From Catajapyx aquilonaris (taxonomy: Eukaryota), in assembly GCA_000934665.2 (NCBI GenBank), contig JYFJ02000353.1:124001-147537 (forward strand): a stretch of DNA of 23,537 nucleotides, in the 5' to 3' direction. The translations under genes were made by a program, and so were the position numbers. Every line of letters begins with the position of its first letter. The first letter of the stretch is position 1. Shown in pieces: positions 1 through 12,600 of this stretch. Below the pieces are notes generated by a model. It was not told where the DNA came from and ran no database searches. It was given only the letters and a program-made list of their open reading frames with translations.

Positions 1-456
1 AACCGCACGAACTCTTTAACCAGTGACTGTTATGTGTACTGACTGTTTAGCCTGGAAAGTGTCTATCCCTTTCTCTCCCTCCACTTCTTGTTTCTGGCAC
101 TTGCACGCTCACTATTTGTTTTTTCTCCACGAAGCAAACTAGCTAGCTAACACTGTACCTGTGTCTTTTTAGATATTCTCACTCCTGTCTCTCTGTCGCC
201 TCTATTATTTTTTGCATTTTCTCTGTTTTTTGGTGTGTGGCTTATAATAAACAAAAAAAAAACTGCACCGTTTTTTGCGAGTAGTCAAGGCGCGTCAATC
301 GCAAGTGGCAGAAATTTTTGAGACAGACGCGATATTTTTTGAGCAGAAAAAGTGAGCTCGATCCAGCAAGTGGAGGAAGATCGGGAACATAATTGGCTGA
401 GTTTCCCTCCGAAGAGAGAAAAAAAAGACCTGACCCCTCCCAATCCTCATTTTTAG

Positions 457-619
457 GGCAGCAGCAAAAGTGGCGGCAACTCTTCGGCCTACTACATGGC
501 CCTGTCGTATCCGCCCACGGTCGCGGCCACGGCCACTTTGCCCCGGGGCCCACTTCTCAGGCCGTTTTCGCCTTCTCCGGGTCCTCCCGACAGAACCAAA
601 CCTGTTTCGCCGGCCACAG
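457..619 (+). CDS. CG32809: Coding exon 1 in window (GSSKSGGNSSAYYMALSYPP...TLPRGPLLRPFSP...VSPAT)
   Basis: Acceptor ttttag at 451-456, donor G|gtaaaa at 619/620. GC-rich; phase 0 in, phase 1 out, matching the next exon. Confidence 0.78.
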
Positions 620-3600
620 GTAAAATAACCAGCAATTTACCCCCCAAAAAATCAGGCCCAAATCAGAATCGGACATCGCGAATTTTTTGCGCTTTTTTTT
701 CCATCCCCTGCCCTCCAAGTCCTTTTCTGCACGCCTGCTTTTCACATGGCATGGCCAGTGAGTGTGCTTTATTAGACCACCAGTTAATACCAACAAGTGG
801 GTGACCTCGGAGAGAAAAATGCATGTCCGTATTGGTGTCCGTCAGGGTCAAGTCAGGCGCCGCCCAAGCCTCAGAGGAGCTATCAGCAGCCGCTTCTTCT
901 GAAGCCGGCTGGTGTCAGGGGCGGCCCTCAGCCCCCGGTGCCCGTGCCCCCGGGCCAAGTGCCCTCTCCCAGGCCGGGTCAAGTAGCGCCCCAGCCCAGG
1001 GTGCCAGACAGAACCTACGGGCCGCCCACCTACATGTCGCCTCCTGAGAGAAGGGACGCTCTCTACTCCTCGCCAGGTAATGGCACGCAGAAACACTTGC
1101 CACTTGAGATTGACCTCATTGGCCCAAGTAGACCACTCATCAATGTGTAATTAATGATGTAGAGTAGCACTAATTGTCAGGGGTCAATTTTGGGGGGGCA
1201 GTAAAAAAAGAGTCGTGGTTGACTGTTCTAGATCGACTGCATGCCGAGTCAGGGTACATATCTTCGCCTGAGAGGGGTCGGCCGTACCCGTCGTACCCGG
1301 CCACTGCGTACGAGGACCCGTACTACAGCCAGTACACATCCAGATCTGGATCAGTCACGCCGGTCATCGACGAAGAATCAAGGTAGGCCTGATTATTTCA
1401 GCGATTTGTCTCCGTGGAGTGAAATCAAGTCGAATTTAACCCAATTTTACTCGTAACACGTCGAAAAATATTGTAGAGGCTCATCAGTATAAAAATAGTT
1501 TCTACTCGATTATTTAATCATTGAGTATAGAAACTATTTATTTCCTGATATTTTGTACTGTACATAAGCTTGGAAGGGACGCCTCCAATTATTGGTAAAT
1601 ACGATGCAGATTTCACGATTAGGTGTGCGTTAATTCCAAAATCATTATCTTAGAGAGCACTTTCATTACCCATGTTCTATTGGGTCATTCAGATACTGAG
1701 GCGGGTTCACTGCTCAATTTAATGCCTGGGAAGGCAAGGGAGGGGCTGAATTAAATTAGCTGGGAGCAATTTGGAGGGGGAATGCCTGAGACTGTTTACC
1801 TGTTGTTAGCTACAGAGGAAAGTGACATTGTTTTGAGTCTCTAAATGAAATATATTGCGCTTCGAACTTGATCACGTCGCTTGCTCTTTCGTTTGGAGTT
1901 TTTTTTTTTCGTCCGGCTTTTCCGGATAATTGTTATGGCCAGCAATACTGAGTAATTTAATCGCGGGATGCGACGAGAGTGCTGGGCAGTGTCACACCGC
2001 CAAAATGTGCTGAAAAATAGGCCTTCCATAAGTATAATTATTTTCGAGCGTATTCCCTGGAGGAATAAACGCATGTGTGCGGTAGTACCCCCATAACTGC
2101 AAACTACACAAAAATTAATCCGGTATGAAACAGTGTCTCTTGATGAACCTGATGGAAATACACATAATCGGCCACGGCCCGGGGCGTTTATCTCTGATTA
2201 GCCGCTTCCGCGTTGCCCCCATCCCATGTAGCAGTCATACACGTAATGAAACATTAAAAACCATTACTTCCGTTGTAATGGCCGATAAATGCTGTATGGC
2301 ACTGGTTTATGACCCCACGCAATTCAGCACCGCTGTTATACTGTACAGGCTTGCCCAATTCCGGATGATTGTCGACTCCAGCAACCACTTTTTTGATACA
2401 TGCATGCTCGATGTGTACTTGAGCAGTAGTTAATAATAGTGCAGCGACCCGCGTAGATGACGTGCGCGTCCTCTAAAATAATATCTGCGCAATAACGGTG
2501 CTGCGTGGGAGGCGAGGTGACTGCGGCGTCGGTCTAACGTTGATATAGAGTTCCAACTGTGTACAGGATGCGAGTGGAGCACATGGAGCGTCAACTGGCC
2601 AGCTTGACCGGCCTGGTCCAGAAGGCGCTGACCGTCAGCAGGCCGCCGCACCCGGTACCACCTCCGTCGCAGCAGCCTCCTCTTCCCCCGCAGCCCAGGC
2701 CAGAGATGGAACTACCACCGTATGGAAGAGAGTTCCTCCAAGTGCCTGGGATGCGGGAGGCCTACCGAAATGGTCAGTTCTCGGGTCAGTTCATTCATTG
2801 ATTTCTAACATAACTCGAGTGCCCTGGGAGCTGTCTGAGATATAACGCAATTATGGCGTCAAGACTTGTCTATCGCTCCATAGATCAGACTCACCAACCA
2901 GAAGAACTTAATACTTATGGTACGACCCGAAATAATGTAGCCTACTAATATTATATTAACTGGCCCATTGCTAATAAATATTGTGATTATTTGACTGATA
3001 GCACTATGCAACAACATTTTTTTTGTTCATGGAAATTCATCGTCATATTCGTGTTCCTTAGGTCACAAGTCACTCATAATGGGAATTCTTTTTGTCTTTG
3101 ATTTGTTTTTGACCTCCGGGCAGGCAAATGACCAAAATTCGCAAATCCGGCAGTTTTTCATCAAGTGGACCTAAATGTTGCTAGACCATCTCGGATTTTT
3201 CTGAAAATAATCATAGCTGTACTGTACACACCTATATATGCTGTAACACTGCATATCAAGTTTCAGCCAAATTGCGAAATACAGTGAGGAGGGAAAAAAT
3301 CGCGAAATTTTGAAATTTTTGCCCTTTTGGATAAATTTTTTCGGTTATTGGAAGTGGTCAAAACCCAATCAACATATCAATCAAATGAAAGAGAAATGCG
3401 AGTAGAAAGCGCCCATGGAATTTGTTTTTCTGGAAAATTTACTTAGAAAAACATGTATGGCATTCCATCGGTCACATGCTCAGTAACATGTCGAACTGTT
3501 TAGACCCCAACTATTAGTGACTTTTGCTTCTTAGAAGCTGGCGGAACGAAGGTGACGTCACGAAACTTTGACGGCGCCGTACGCATTAACTATGCAACGG

Positions 3601-6600
3601 AGCCCAAAACATAATTACACATCCCTATATTAGTTTTACGAGTACTATCAGTCTACCTGGCGATTGTCCGCGAGTTTCCCTTCACCCTGTATTTGAGGAA
3701 TTTGGTTTTTTGACTGTCCCGAGGTCAAAAACAAATCAAAGACAAAATAAATGCCCATTGTGAGTTACTTGTGACCTAAGGAACACGAATATGACGATGA
3801 ATTTCCATGGACAAATATCGTGTTGCATAGTGTAGTTGCTTGCAGTTGCAGCTGGGACTTAAATTGTGGTAAAATTTGTCAATTCAAGGCAGATCACGAT
3901 CTGTCGGCTTTGAGCGTGCGGAGTGTAAAGCGGGAAAAGTTTTGGGGCCTAAAAATTGAAAAACTGGCTCTAAATTATGCATTTGCCATAGGCGGCCAGA
4001 AAGAAAATGGGTGGGGAAAAAATAATTTGCATAATCACATGCTGTTCTCTTCGGGGGAAATGGGCGTGAAGAATGGCCCAGAAGCATTGCAGATATTGAG
4101 CATGTTATAGATCTGTTGTGTGGTACCAAGTCTTGAGAGCATGTCGGGGGTGTGGGGAATGTAGTCTTAACATAATTTTTTACTTGTTGGTGGCGAGGCT
4201 GAGTTGCTAACTGAACACATAGTTTGAAGCTAACAGTTGCAGCACCAACTAGTAACTCGTAACATGCTGTAAGGACCTGCTGTAGATGACAGTTTCAGTA
4301 ACATGAAAAAGAGTAGATTTTTAACCAGAGTTCCACCTTCTTTTTCCTCCCTTTTTGCTATTGCAGCCGATGAAAACGATAAGCATTCTAGCTCAAGCTC
4401 TGCTTCCCTGCCAGGTTTGTGTCTATTCTCCTTTCTTCCCATTTTCCTCACTTATAGGATCAGTTCCGGCTTTTCTGTTCTCATCAGTGAACATGATTGT
4501 AGTTCAGCCTTTTTCTTCCTTCCTAGATGTTTAAAAAGAAAAACGTTTTCTCTGGACTTACTCATTTCCTGTGCCTTTAGTCTGCTCTACTTTTGTCCTG
4601 TACGTTCCTTCACTCGTGAATATGAGTACTTAGGGAAAAGGCCCTTGCTCAGTACTGTAATTTTATCATGAATACTTTTGAATACTAATGCAAGAGAATG
4701 ACAAGCACAAGGGCATGACCTTGGGGACATCCACATAAGTGGGCGGCATGCTTCCACTCAGTGGCCAACTTTGCAATAATTGCACCACAAACAAATTCAG
4801 GGGCGGTAATGGCACAAAGACACAAAATTGGTGCTCTTTAATGTGCATGCGCTTTGTTAGTGGGAAGCAACCAGTTTAAACAGGTAGTGTTGCACTGGAG
4901 ACCTCATATGTTTATTTTTCTAGACTCAATCCTCCAGATAAAATGAGTTCAGTTCCAATCATGAACAAGAGATCGGTTTCAGACGAATATAGGCCTAATG
5001 ATTTTTTTTCATTGCTTCGCTTTGCAGATGAACCTTATCACAGGCCTCCTGAGCCCAAGCATCCAAAGCTTGGCAAAGGTAGAGATGCACTTTTTGCTTA
5101 CATGTAGTCTTAATTTTCTAATCCCATAACTTTTGTTGTTTTATTTTCACTTGACATTTTCAGGATTGTGTTTTGTGGGGGCAGCGTTATGTTTTTTGTA
5201 CTTGCTGTCAACTGTGGCAACTGGTTATTATAAGGCATTCCAGTGATGAGCCTTGTACTTTTTGGGTGGTTGTATTTTTAAATTCTGAATTTCACTGGAA
5301 AGTCTTTCAGTACTTTTTTATGTTCACCATTACTACAGTAGTTATTCAGATACAAAAGCATTAAGGACAAAAAATTCATTAAAGAAAAGGGGAAATGGGT
5401 AGTTCCGTAAGAAAGTTTGTGGTGTTTGTTTGATTATTATTGAGCAGAGAAATAATTGCTTTTTAAATGAGAACTGGCGAACTTGCAAATATACTTTTAT
5501 AATATCGCCACATAATATATTGCATGATAGCATTTTTTTTTCTAATCCAAAATCAATTAGTTATGTAGATATTACTAAAAATAAATAAATATCCATACTG
5601 CAGAGAGAGAGAGTATCTGATGAGCATGAATGGATGGTTGAGTGGATTGCTTTTCTCTGCCAAATATTTTCTTCTGAATGAGTTTGGGTGCATTAGTTAA
5701 TTGACAGTCAATTTTTAACATTGTCTCTTTTCTTTGCTAATTCTTCATCCGTTCCTTGCAGACAAGTCCGTGTCGTTTGAAAAATCCGTATCATTTAGCG
5801 ATGAGCCCCCAGATCTGAATTCACCTAAACAGCATTCCCCACAACATGCAGGTAATTGGCTCACGTTCACCATACTATAAAGTTACTCAAAATGCAAAAT
5901 AGCAAAAGAGTAATTAGTAGAATCTCAAGAATAAGAAATATTTTTAAATGCATCTATCCCTGACGTTGCATTCATTTTGATTTCAATAATTTACATTCCA
6001 TTCTTTTACGAGACCTGTGAAGACGTGTTTGAATAAGGACTAATGAAGGTCAATGCACTTGTAGCTTTGTGCTGGCTTAGATGCACATATCACAAAATTA
6101 CATGTGACAGCAGCCACATAATGTTACTGAAACTAACGCAGTTCTCTGCCATGTAGCGTAGGCTGCCTTCAGAATTGCATATATATTTCCATGGAAGCTT
6201 TTAACACAGCAGTGTTTGGGATTACTTGTTTATTTTTGCCATGATAGTTGCTGAGAAATCTAGTAATCCAAGTTGGTGCTGCAAACAGTTTCAGATGTTT
6301 CTGGACTCTATTTTCCCCACTAACAGATATCTTCTCTTGTTTGCATGCAAAGCGGACTCTAAGCCTGCAAAACCAGCCATCAAATCCTCTACCCTTCCGA
6401 GAGTATCTTCCCAAGGTATCTTGTATTGTGATACTTTTTGCCCGTCTACTTGTTCGGCTTCAGTTTCATGTTATATCAACCCTTTCTTCACTTGGTATCC
6501 TGTGGTTTTGATTTACAACACTTCACCCTGTTTCCAATGGCGTCTTTCCAAACTTTTGCTGGGCCAAAAAGAGAGAAGAATGTTCCCCTCTTTTTTCATT

Positions 6601-9600
6601 GTGCAATATATTTGTCATTGGAAATGGGGCGTGACAGATAGGGTTTTCACTAAAAGTGAACTAAAAGCATGAGTTGTGTCTTTAATTTTGTATTTCAGTT
6701 TTTAGCATAGGCTTTCTGAATTGCAATAGAGCATTTGCTCAATTCTCTGGCAAAACGTAATTAAATTGACCGAGGCTCTATTTTGCCATACATTATATAG
6801 AATTCTGGGCTTTGTTAGACTTGAGCAACTGCAGAGTAGGCCTACATCTTTTTTTGGAGTGCACTTGCAGATCACTTTATTAATCCGACATTATTTGTAT
6901 TGTAGAATCATTATAGTTTCACCCACCTTGACGTGATCATGAGCACGAGAATACTTATAACTGATGAATTTAACTTATTAGTGGCAGTGACTGACAGCTT
7001 GCATTTCCATCCATTTGAGAGAGCCTGCATTGTATCTGTTGCTTTCATAAGCATGCATTTTTTTCCAGAGCAATTTTATGTTGTAATGCTATCTTATTAC
7101 AGGTTAGAATGTGATAGTTGCCCTTTCATTTCACCTGTACAAATCAGTGCTGAGATGTCAAGTAGCAACTTAGGAAAAGCTGACATGGAAAAAGATAAAA
7201 CATATTTTTCACACGTGCAATAAATAACTGACATTACATCCTTGAAAACATCAACACGTTCAATTATTCGCAAACATTAAAAAAAATATTGGGCACTCAT
7301 TAGTTATTTCTCGTCCCTTCCAGAACGTGATCGCCATAAACCTGCCCCCCCTCCAAAACCAGTATCTCTTTTGCCTGGACAGTACGATGGCAGACATCTC
7401 TATCGAGGTATTACTTGGTTTGCACACTTTTATGCAGGTGCTTTTGAGAAATTTTGAGGCTTTGGCGACACTGAGAAGTTGTGATTGCAACCTCGTCATA
7501 TAAATACTGAATTATTCGAAACTCAGAAGTTCTCAATAATCCTGAATATGCACTTCAGTAAGTCTGGAAGTTTGTTAGAGTAGCACATATGGTACGACTC
7601 TGTGAATCTGAATTACTCTCCACTCACACACATTTGCACACACTGGCAATAATAATTTTTTTTTTTGGTGTGATAAGTTTTTCAAAAGTTTTGGCTGTAG
7701 TGTTAAGTAACACTAGAGCCACAGCTTTCATTGTTGTTATATGAGTCAGAATGTTTTTGATTTCTTTCTTATCCTCCTGCTACAATTTCTGACGTTTCCA
7801 TTTCCAAGTGTTTCTGGTGTCATAACTTGTAGGCATGAATTTCCTTATGAAATGTGAAGCGTTCAGTGTGTGTGTCTGGGTGGGTTTTTTCCCTGTACCA
7901 GTAGAGACATGGTGCCTCTGAGACAAGGCAAAAATTGACAGATTTTGGCAAAATTCAACACTTGTCTTCTGCAAGTACAATGTCATCAATTTGCCAAACT
8001 CAGAGGTGGCAGAAGTGGCCAATTAGAGAGTGATTCCCTGTACATTTAAGTTCTTGTGTTGCGCCTTGCAGACCTTCACATGACTCCCGAGTTGTACAAT
8101 CAGTTGCGAACTTTGCAAAAGAAGGCGAAAGAGCTGAAGCAGGAAGTGCGGAATCTCCGCAGGTTGTCTCAAGCCCAAGCCCATTCCGTGAGGGAGACCA
8201 TCAGGGACACCTTCATGAGGATCAGGTTTGGATGGGGTTTGATTTGAGGGTTAATATTGATTCCTAAGTCATTTTGTTCTGCTCCCATTTGCAAATTTTG
8301 ACCTGAGTGAAATTGTTACAATCATGTAAGCGGGTCACTTTGACAAACCTGTACAGATTGTTTGAGACGTGTAGAAGTTGTGTTTGTAAGTAGCATTGGA
8401 AACCATGAAAATCAATTGGAAGAAAAAGGAAAAGCAAGCAGAGCCCTGCTATTAGAGTACAGTAGTATTGTATGGAAGTGTTAGTTGAGAAGTGGCTTGG
8501 GTAGAGAGCATGTTTCCAGAGCTGGAAAACCGCTTTGCCTTTGTAGAGCAATGCTGCTAGCGGGCGGAGACCATTGGCTGCAGGGCAACACTGAACGACT
8601 TCATGTGAGTCGGGAGGAGGAACTCTACAAGCAAGAAATGCTCAAGTTAGAAAAGGACCTCACGTATGTAACGTACCTAACTCTGGAGAAGGGAAAGGGA
8701 ATCCTCACTAGTAGCATTACTCCACCGTTAATTTCGGCTTTGTTCACTGAACTGTACATAGTCTTCCAAGAAATACCAACAGAGTTGGTTAAGTGATGGG
8801 TCATTTCAGAAAGACTGTGTATGATTACATGCTGCTGAACTCTAGGGAAATATGATCAAACATGTGGGATAAGAGATGGTTATGATTTTAAGTAGGTATC
8901 AGATGGGTGATTGTTATTGTTCGCTGCAGTGAGCTGGAGAGCACAGTAGAGGATCTAAGAAGCAATGTCATCAATAGACGCACTCGAGTCAATATTTCTG
9001 ATGTAGAGAACATGGCTCTAATCCTTAGCAAGTCCAGGTAAGCAATGTGATATGAAGCGTATAAATTGCCAGCTGCTTGATATGTATGTTTTTGTATTTT
9101 CAGTAAAACCGTGGCAGACTTAAAAGCCAGGTTTCCTATGCTGCAAGATGGAATGAAAGGCATCTTGTCTTCCGAAATGGAGAGGGTTGTTCGGGAAGAA
9201 AAGTGAGCACAGTTTTTAACTCTGAGAGTTTGGGTGGGTGACAACAACTAATTCCACTCATTTTTATATAGATTCTTGAAGGAAGAGCCTGAGAGGCTTG
9301 AGATCGCACTGAAGAGATGCAAGAAACTTACAGGAACTCTGGTCACATTGAAAAGGTGTGTATGTCATTATGGATCAGTTGGTACGAAAATTCATGTTCC
9401 CTGCGTTCTAGGCTGGCATCTGTTCAAGAACAGCGCCTGCCATCTGCTCAGAGTTCAGTTGAGTCACGCTTGTCACCAACTTCTCAGGAGACATCCACTG
9501 GACAGGTGATCTCAACAGGACAGTCCAGCAAGGTAAGCACACCTTACAGGTGACTTGTGCGATGTCGAAACACTTGGTAATATTTTGGCCTCTTTTTTAC

Positions 9601-12600
9601 CTCTTATTACAATTCATTCCATAAATTGGTTTCACTTTAGTTATTTGTCCAAGTCATTTTTCTCTTGCTTCTCTCAACTTATTTTGTGCTGAGAGATCTG
9701 GAATTTGAGATACATGATTCTGAACACTTTGTACACTTTTCTGTAAACATGCGACAAGGGACGTGGATTGACCATTTAAAAAATAATGTACACAAACACC
9801 AGATCTCTCATTGGAATTGAATTCTCTGTTGGTAGAGTCTGCTGTCTCTTGAAACTTTGTCCAAGTTGGTGATAGAATTTGGGCACTGTGCCTCCTGACC
9901 TCTAGTGCTTCTCGGCTGGAACCATATAATGTAATAATTCTCTTTTAGTTCAGTTAAGGCTGTCCACAATGGCTTTTTGATTGCATACTGGCACCGCATC
10001 ATGCATAGGAAATGTACACATACATAATATGCACACACACATAATATTTGCACATGAGTTGTCAGGAAAGACTGAATAACATAGCATACATTATAAACCA
10101 GTGGACAAGAAACAGGATACTTCCGCAATCAAAACTGTGCAAGTAGCACTACTGCACATTGCAGGAGACTGTGAATGTGTGAGGTCACAGACTTGTGCAA
10201 CATGCACTAACTGAAGCACCTTCACCTGGACATCAACTTTTGTACAGTTACCCATGTTATAAGTAGCCTTTGAATGACACTGCATCTTATAAAGCAAGGT
10301 ATGGTGGAGTCATTTGATTACCACTTATGACCATGGGCTATGAGCATGGTTAAGGCCCAGATGAATGATTCTAGTGGAAATAATTGAAATATTCTCTGAT
10401 ACTACTACAAATGAAAGATTGCATTATTCTGCCAATTGCATGTAGGCTAAGACTAAAGTGTACATGAAAACTTGAGGTGTTGGTTTCTGTAGCAAAAAAA
10501 AAGTCAAAGTACATAATCCGAGTGGCACTTTGGGACTGCTGAGGCACACTTTTCCTGTTGTGTACCTTTCGTGTCTGTCCGTCCATACGCCTGTCCATTC
10601 CATGTGAAACTGTCAAACTCAATGGTAGTTTGTGAAGTTCTGTTCAATATCATGTCGCCTCCATTTGCTCCATCCACACTTGACTGCCACAAGACTGGCC
10701 TGGGATATACCAGAGAAAGTAGAGCGACATGTAGGATTGCGTTTGGAGCTAACTTTGTTCATTTTCCAAGGGAAAAGGAAAACAGATGATGCCCTCCCAC
10801 TAAGACCACCGAGTTTTCTTTATTTACTTTTGCATTGTGGACACGCCTTGGAAGCATTTCTGCTGACCACCGAAACCTTGGCTTTAGGCAAGCTTTTGGC
10901 TATATTCTCTTTATGTTCCCAACAGGACACAGCACTGCCCTTGCACTTTGTCTATATGCACATCTTTATATCTTGACACCATTATCACTAATAGAATAGC
11001 ACAAACCAAATAAGCCTAGGTTTTCTCTCCCATTAGCACATTCATTAGTGACGTCCAGGAAACAGTAATTTTTAAAGTAGTCACTCAGAAAGATTAATGA
11101 GAATTGCTGAACAATCCCTACCCCCACAAACAACAATACCTGTGAGGTGCACCATTATTGAGTTATTTTTTTATTATTTTTGTCACGTTGGTATTTTTTG
11201 TCGTATCTGTCGTGTTTCCACATGTCTACACTTCTTTAGTATGCCAATCAGATTAACAGAATAAAAGACCACCCTTACGAAGAAGAATTTGCACAGAAGG
11301 ATTGGCTTTTACTGCTGGTGGAATTTTACCAGATTCGCAATTTTGACTAATCATGCCATCGAAGAGAAAGACTGCAGTCCAAATCATATGGCTAGGGACC
11401 ACTGCTATTTTTTAGGAAAGCCTTTCAAAATAAAAGTCTAGAGAGTGTGATAACATTGGAATGTAGATATAGCGAGCACGGGGAGGCAAGTTTATATAAC
11501 ATCAGTGTGGAAATGCGGATGCTGTAAAATTCCACCCCTTGTGGCATGCCCTGTCACCATTTCCTTGTCGTTATTGGCCTCAAAGTTAAAAAGTTCTACA
11601 AATGAATATGAAAGAGAGATTTAACATTTTTAATAAAGTTACTTATTTTCCTGCGTCATTTTGTGTAACTTCTAGAGCGCACAGCACTGGAGGGTAGTGA
11701 AGTCGGTCAAGACTCCTCCTAATAGTCCTTGTTTTCTTGTCACCAGTCTCTTCTCTGTAATTGTTTCCTTTTGTATCAGCAGCCATCTGACATGTGCTAC
11801 CCCTCTTCTGTTGTAGTGTAACAGGCACAGCTGGAAGTGGAGCACTAACTTCAAGGAAGCCATATCCATTCATGAGTAAATTGATATTAAAAATTTTTTC
11901 CCCTTTTTTTCTGCTCGCTTTCCTATATTTTTCCATTATTTTATTATCGCTCAGCTTGGGCTCAATTTATCATTATTATTCAATTCGCTTAAGTCCCTTA
12001 TCCTTCCTTACAGTAAGGTAAACATCCTTCAGACTGCCTTTCAAAAGCTTTTTCAATGGGAGTTCAGTCATATGAACGAATCAGTTTTGACTTTAATTTG
12101 TTGTGTAACCCCCTTGTGTCGTTCATTTTTGAGTGATTTTCACTCTGAAATGGATATTCATTCCTAGTGAAGTATTTTTAAAAAATGAAATGAGGAGTAA
12201 AAGAAAAGAAAAAAAAAGTGGCTCAATGTGTTAGGTCCCCTCCCACCATGGGTGAAGAAATGTGTTAACTTGTCCTTTTCCCCCAAGAATTCAAGTTCCA
12301 TAAATTCGGACTTCAGAGTAGGGACAAAGAGAAAAATCAGCGTCCAAAAAATATTGACCTTACTTAAGGAGAGGTGGGGAAATCAGTGTTGGCGCATGTA
12401 TATACTACATATATACAGTATGATTAGTGCCAGTCTGCACAGATGAGAACCCATTTTTTAGGGAAATCCATTCCAGTTGAAATATTCTTAGTCGGTGTTC
12501 TTTAATGGACAAAACAATTTCTTTTGGTTTGTTTCTTTCCTTATCATATTTACATGTATATTTTTGGAGGTGCGGGTGGATAGTGTGTGTTTGTGGGACT

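Noticed and set aside
1..240. Pyrimidine-rich stretch with several branch/acceptor-like motifs (actgac...tttag, gctaac...tttttag) suggesting microexons
   Set aside because: No convincing donor pairs with any acceptor, and the upstream phase cannot be tested because the previous exon is outside the window.
848..1103. Minus-strand and alternative-frame ORFs over exon 2
   Set aside because: These are shadows of a GC-rich, Pro-rich coding exon and resemble no known protein.
4230..4671. ORFs 4303..4671 (+) and 4230..4451 (-) in intron 4
   Set aside because: Phe/Ser/Leu-biased translations of T-rich intron, with no domain and no compatible splice sites.
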